44,477 bases of DNA from Spirogloea muscicola (taxonomy: Eukaryota), in NCBI GenBank assembly GCA_009602725.1, contig WELB01000013.1:1177431-1221907 (forward strand), written 5' to 3'. Shown piece by piece: positions 40,601 to 44,477 of the stretch (the stretch's first letter is position 1; each line of letters begins with the position of its first letter). Made by a program: the position numbers and the translations under genes. The notes under the pieces are model-generated. The model worked only from the letters and a program-made list of their open reading frames with translations, did no database searches and was not told the origin of the DNA.

Positions 40601-41434
40601 GCATGGTCATAGATGGTGCACGGGTGAGCAACGGAGGCCTCTGCGATGCTATGGATGACATTGCAGCGCAGACAGGTAGATCCTGGACTGGTCAATCAAT
40701 CTTCCAGCATCATTTTCAAAAGTGTCCTTACTATAAGATCGATATGCTCTCCTTCTGGAGGCCTAAACGGCCGCTGACTTGGCCAATTGCAGGCTGTGCC
40801 GCAGCCGCTGCAGGCGCTGCTGCCGGGGAATGGCATCGGTGTGGCGTGGATGCCCGTGCAGGTACGGGACATTGACCGCGCTGCGATGCTGGAGCTCCGG
40901 GATCAGGTGCTCAGAGTGTGGGCGTTGCTCAACACGTCGGCGGGGTTCCAGCCCTCCATGCTGCAGCCTTTGGTGGAGGTCAGTATGCACAGTTGCCTCT
41001 CGATTACAGGTGAAGATGACTTGAGCTATGGAATGTATAATAAACTCCAAACCGCTGTGGTGACTCTGCGTGTGTGAACCAGCGCAGGCTTGTCTAATGG
41101 TTTCAAGTGTGGGAAGCGTGGCAGGTGTTGCGGCAGCCAGAGGCTCAGGCCATGGGAGGACGGGTTGCGGGCGGGGTGCTCCAGCGGCTAGCAGCCAGGA
41201 TGCTCCAGGTATGCCGCATGTGAAGTTGGTGCTAAGCTTTTGGACCTCTGTGCTACTCCTGCAGCCAATTTGCTTGTCATAGACGTGCATTAGAGCCACT
41301 GAAAACTGAACAGCACCTAACTTAGACTGTGTGGGCTGCACCTCCAGCAAGTGCTCCGGCCATCCCAACCGCGCACGTCTTTGGGGAGCTCGAGCACGCC
41401 TTTGCTGGCCGTTCCAGCTGCTAGATATCTCTGA
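37613..41434 (+). CDS. ABC1K3: ABC1/UbiB atypical kinase ABC1K3 (plastoglobule type), multi-exon; start in or before N-gap 37350-37612
   Basis: [50 protein letters not shown]...[29 protein letters not shown]...[71 protein letters not shown]; last exon 41348-41434. Confidence 0.93.
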
Positions 41435-41815
41435 ATTGTATCTGCAAACATGCAGAAGTGATTCAATTTGGACCTATAGGACCTTTACTTGCCACTTGGT
41501 CAGCATCTGGGCCACCGTAGACATGTACAGATTGCAATCTTGACTTAAGCCCGTAGACTGGAGTGGACAAGGTGTATCAGCTTTGTGGCTCCATACTGAT
41601 GACCAAACACTGTCCTAAGATTAATCGCAGCTCCCACAACACTTAGTCTCCCTCCCTCCGAGGGTTAGTGAGACTCAAACAATGATTGCCCACCAGCAAG
41701 CTGTGTGACACCTCACGTTGATGAGACCAACGTTTGCAGACATGCTGATTATTTCAATGCAAAGGGTGCACCACGCGTGCACTCTACTGTGTACACGCTA
41801 GTCAACAGTTGGTCC

Positions 41816-44235
41816 TCATAATCTGCGGTTCCAGGTGCGGAACAAGCGCTGCCAAAGGCCAATAAATTGATAGTTTCGGGCGTTGCTCGGGGGCACGGCC
41901 AAAGGGCGTGAGGGCGTGTCCAGAGTGTCGCCAGCATCGCCGAGCAGAGTGCGCAGGCCAAGGTCCTTACCCCTTGAGACATGGTGCAAAGTGCGCGCGA
42001 CCTTCACTAGCTCCCACATGCCACCATCCCCCATCAGGTCCTGAGATGGCATGACACTGGCAGCGGCACTCTGCAGCTGCAGTGGTGGCTGCTGCTTCCC
42101 GCAGTCTGCAAGGCCGGGGCCGGCGTGCACCAATGGCGCAGGCTGGAGTGGCCCTGCCCACTTCGTGTGCTCCTTAGCATCGGAGTTGCCACTCACTGAC
42201 GGGCTGCAAGCAATCCCATGGTCGGGTGTATCCAGCATTGCGCCCTCGTGCTCAGAACGTGAGCCAGTACTCTGGGCTCCTTGGTCTCGGACAGATGCGT
42301 GTGCCTCTGCGGTGCTACTTATCTGATGAGCATCTTCCGCAAGCAGCGTAGCCTGCAACGGCCCCTCTGCAGCCTGCATGTCGACCTCCTGAGGTTGCTT
42401 CAGCATAATATGCTCTGCAAGCTCCTCGTCGTCACCAGCCCCGGCAAGAATTGCTGCCGCAGGCAGTCCCACCAATGTGGGGCCCTGCTGGAAGGGGTGA
42501 ACCTTGAACGCCCTCCCTTTCTCGCTGGCCAGCTTGACAGCCGTAAGGGCTGCAGCAGGGCCCTCTTCAGCACTGCGGCCAGCGGTGGCTCCAGCCGCAG
42601 CCAGTGAGCGCAAACCTGGGAGTGGGAAGGCGAGCTGCAGTGCCGCCATGGTGGACAAGCCGCCGCGGCTGAGGCCGGTGACAGACTTGGCGAAGCCGGC
42701 AAGCCGCCGTGCGAGGCTCGTGGACTGCAGGATGGCTGCGAGCCGGGGGCTCTGATGGGGCCCAATGGTGGGCGGCAGCGGCGGCGGTGTCAGCCACCGC
42801 GGCCGCTCCAACACCAGGGCCTGGGGATACCGACGAAGGAGGCGGCGCTGGCGCGCTTCCGCCAGCTCCACAGGTGCTGCGGCGCCGCGCTTGCCCTTCA
42901 TCTCGGCGGCCATGCCTCTCTTAGGCGCTGCCCTTTGGCGTTGTGCGCCAGCAGCGGCGGCCGGCTCCGCTTGCCGTTGCTCCTGCGCTGCTTTGAGAGC
43001 CTGGAGGACCCGGGCCGCAGACAAAGAGCGGCCCCTCTCACCATGGAGGTACTCCATCAGTGACACCTGGCAGCGCCGGCATGACGCTGCCACGGTCATG
43101 GTCGGCGATAATCATTGCAGTAAACATCGCCAGAATTGGAACACCCCAAGCCAAGTGCACCAAGCAGTCCTGACGGAGACGCGGCATGGCAAGGAGGCAA
43201 GGCATTGACGTCATGGTCACAGTAGCCCATGCGCAAGAGCTCGGGCGTGTTGCAGCAACTTACCAGCTTGAAGCCCATTCTTGCAACCACAGGCAGCCAT
43301 TCCTGCAGCGCCCCGAGCGTTGACTGGTACGGGTGCCCGATGCCTGCATCAAAGGCTGCTTCAGCCGGGCTCATGACAGGTCCAGCAGGCTTCTCGAGCA
43401 GCCGTGCAAATAGCTATGAAAGTGCGGCTGCAAGGACGGGCATCGGTGCATCGCTCTTGCAAAGAGGGAGATGGCATTGAGAAGCACCGACTGCGTGGCC
43501 GTTGCGCCTCGCCAGCCGCTCCAGCTCCTTGAGCTGCACACAGCATAGCGCCAGTGGCCTGAGGGGCGCAGGCAGGGCTGCCCTATGCGGCTTCAAGTGG
43601 CCCCACCAAGGAACCACTGGCACCCAATGACCACAATGGTGGCACTGTGGGCATCTCTTGACACGAAGGGAAGAGCGTAGAGGCCACTGATTCACGCACC
43701 TGTCGCTGGACAGCGGCGGGGTCGTCCTGCGCGTCCAGAAAGACCTGCGGCTTGGGGCAAAGTGTTGGGCAGCATCAGCGCTGCGGCACTGGCTTCGGCG
43801 TCCTGGCCCTGGCGGGCTCGTCGAGTCAATGGCTACTGGGGGATGGAGGGGGGGGTGGCCCACGTCGCGGACGACGCAGGGCACGCCGAGGCGGCGCGCC
43901 ATGGAGGGGCCGACGGACGCGGAGGAGGTGAGGGAGTCAAGGTAGAAGAGGCCGGCGCGGTGCATCTCCGTCAGCGCCGCCGTCATGCCGTCCGCCGCCT
44001 CGCTTGTGAAGCGGCTGCCCACTGCCGCAGCCGCGACGGCCGCGCCGTAGTCAGCTCTAAAGGTGGAGAGGAGGCGGTGGTGCAGAGCTGCAGTCGGCCT
44101 CCTGCGCTCACTGTGGTTGTTGACGCCGACGTAGCCCCGGAGCTGGTCCATGGACCAGCGGAGCTGCCGCTGGACCTCGCCGGCGCTCATGCCTGTCGTC
44201 AGCTCCCCTTCGCCAGCGTCCTTCTTCTCATGCGG
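41816..44235 (-). CDS. Divergent polysaccharide deacetylase (Polysacc_deac_2 / YibQ family) with long low-complexity C-terminal extension; 5' exons lie beyond the window
   Basis: Exons 44235-44112, 44021-43864, 43744-43700, 43533-43488, 43343-43264 and 43066 onward splice to GYVGVNNHMGSRFTS...GLFYLDSLTSSASV...GVPCVVRDVFLD...QLKELERLARRNGHAVGIGHPYQSTLGALQEWLP...GFKLVS. The 3' end is approximate. Confidence 0.88.
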
Positions 44236-44477
44236 CTGCCGCCCAGAGGATAGGCAGCAGCGTCTGATGCATGAGTACCTTCCATTCTTGGTTCACGAAA
44301 GGCAGAGGCAGGGAGATGGGAGGGGGCGGCAAACGAGCGAGACGGCAGGGGCAATGGAAGAAAGCTCTAGATAAGTGGGACGGTGAGGGCGATAGAGGGA
44401 GGGGCGGAGAGAGAGCAATGAAGGCAGAGAAGGGGAAGGTGGAGGAAAAAGAGGGGGGCGGGAGTGAGGGAGGGAGG

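Overview
Eukaryotic, GC-rich, intron-dense nuclear DNA. Most introns are short GT-AG introns of about 100-300 nt, often with a CTGAC branch motif. The gene set (LSF1, SDH7, ABC1K3, CYP38, plant-type MFS and J-protein) suggests a streptophyte green alga; this is inference. I can reconstruct about 12 spliced genes: LSF1, a stand-alone USP-domain protein, a small plastid-type unknown protein, PepN-type aminopeptidase, a C-terminal J-domain protein, an ABM-barrel protein, a HIAT1/MFSD14-like MFS transporter, PDAP1/HASPP28, SDH7, CYP38, ABC1K3, and an intron-containing divergent polysaccharide deacetylase of a bacterial family (HGT candidate). Spacers upstream of genes carry many decayed 3' fragments of an RLE-type (CRE-like) non-LTR retrotransposon, which share a small stem-loop, plus one perfect 52-bp inverted repeat. 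N-gaps and the leading poly-A hide several gene 5' ends. Family assignments rest on motifs recalled from known proteins, not on database searches.
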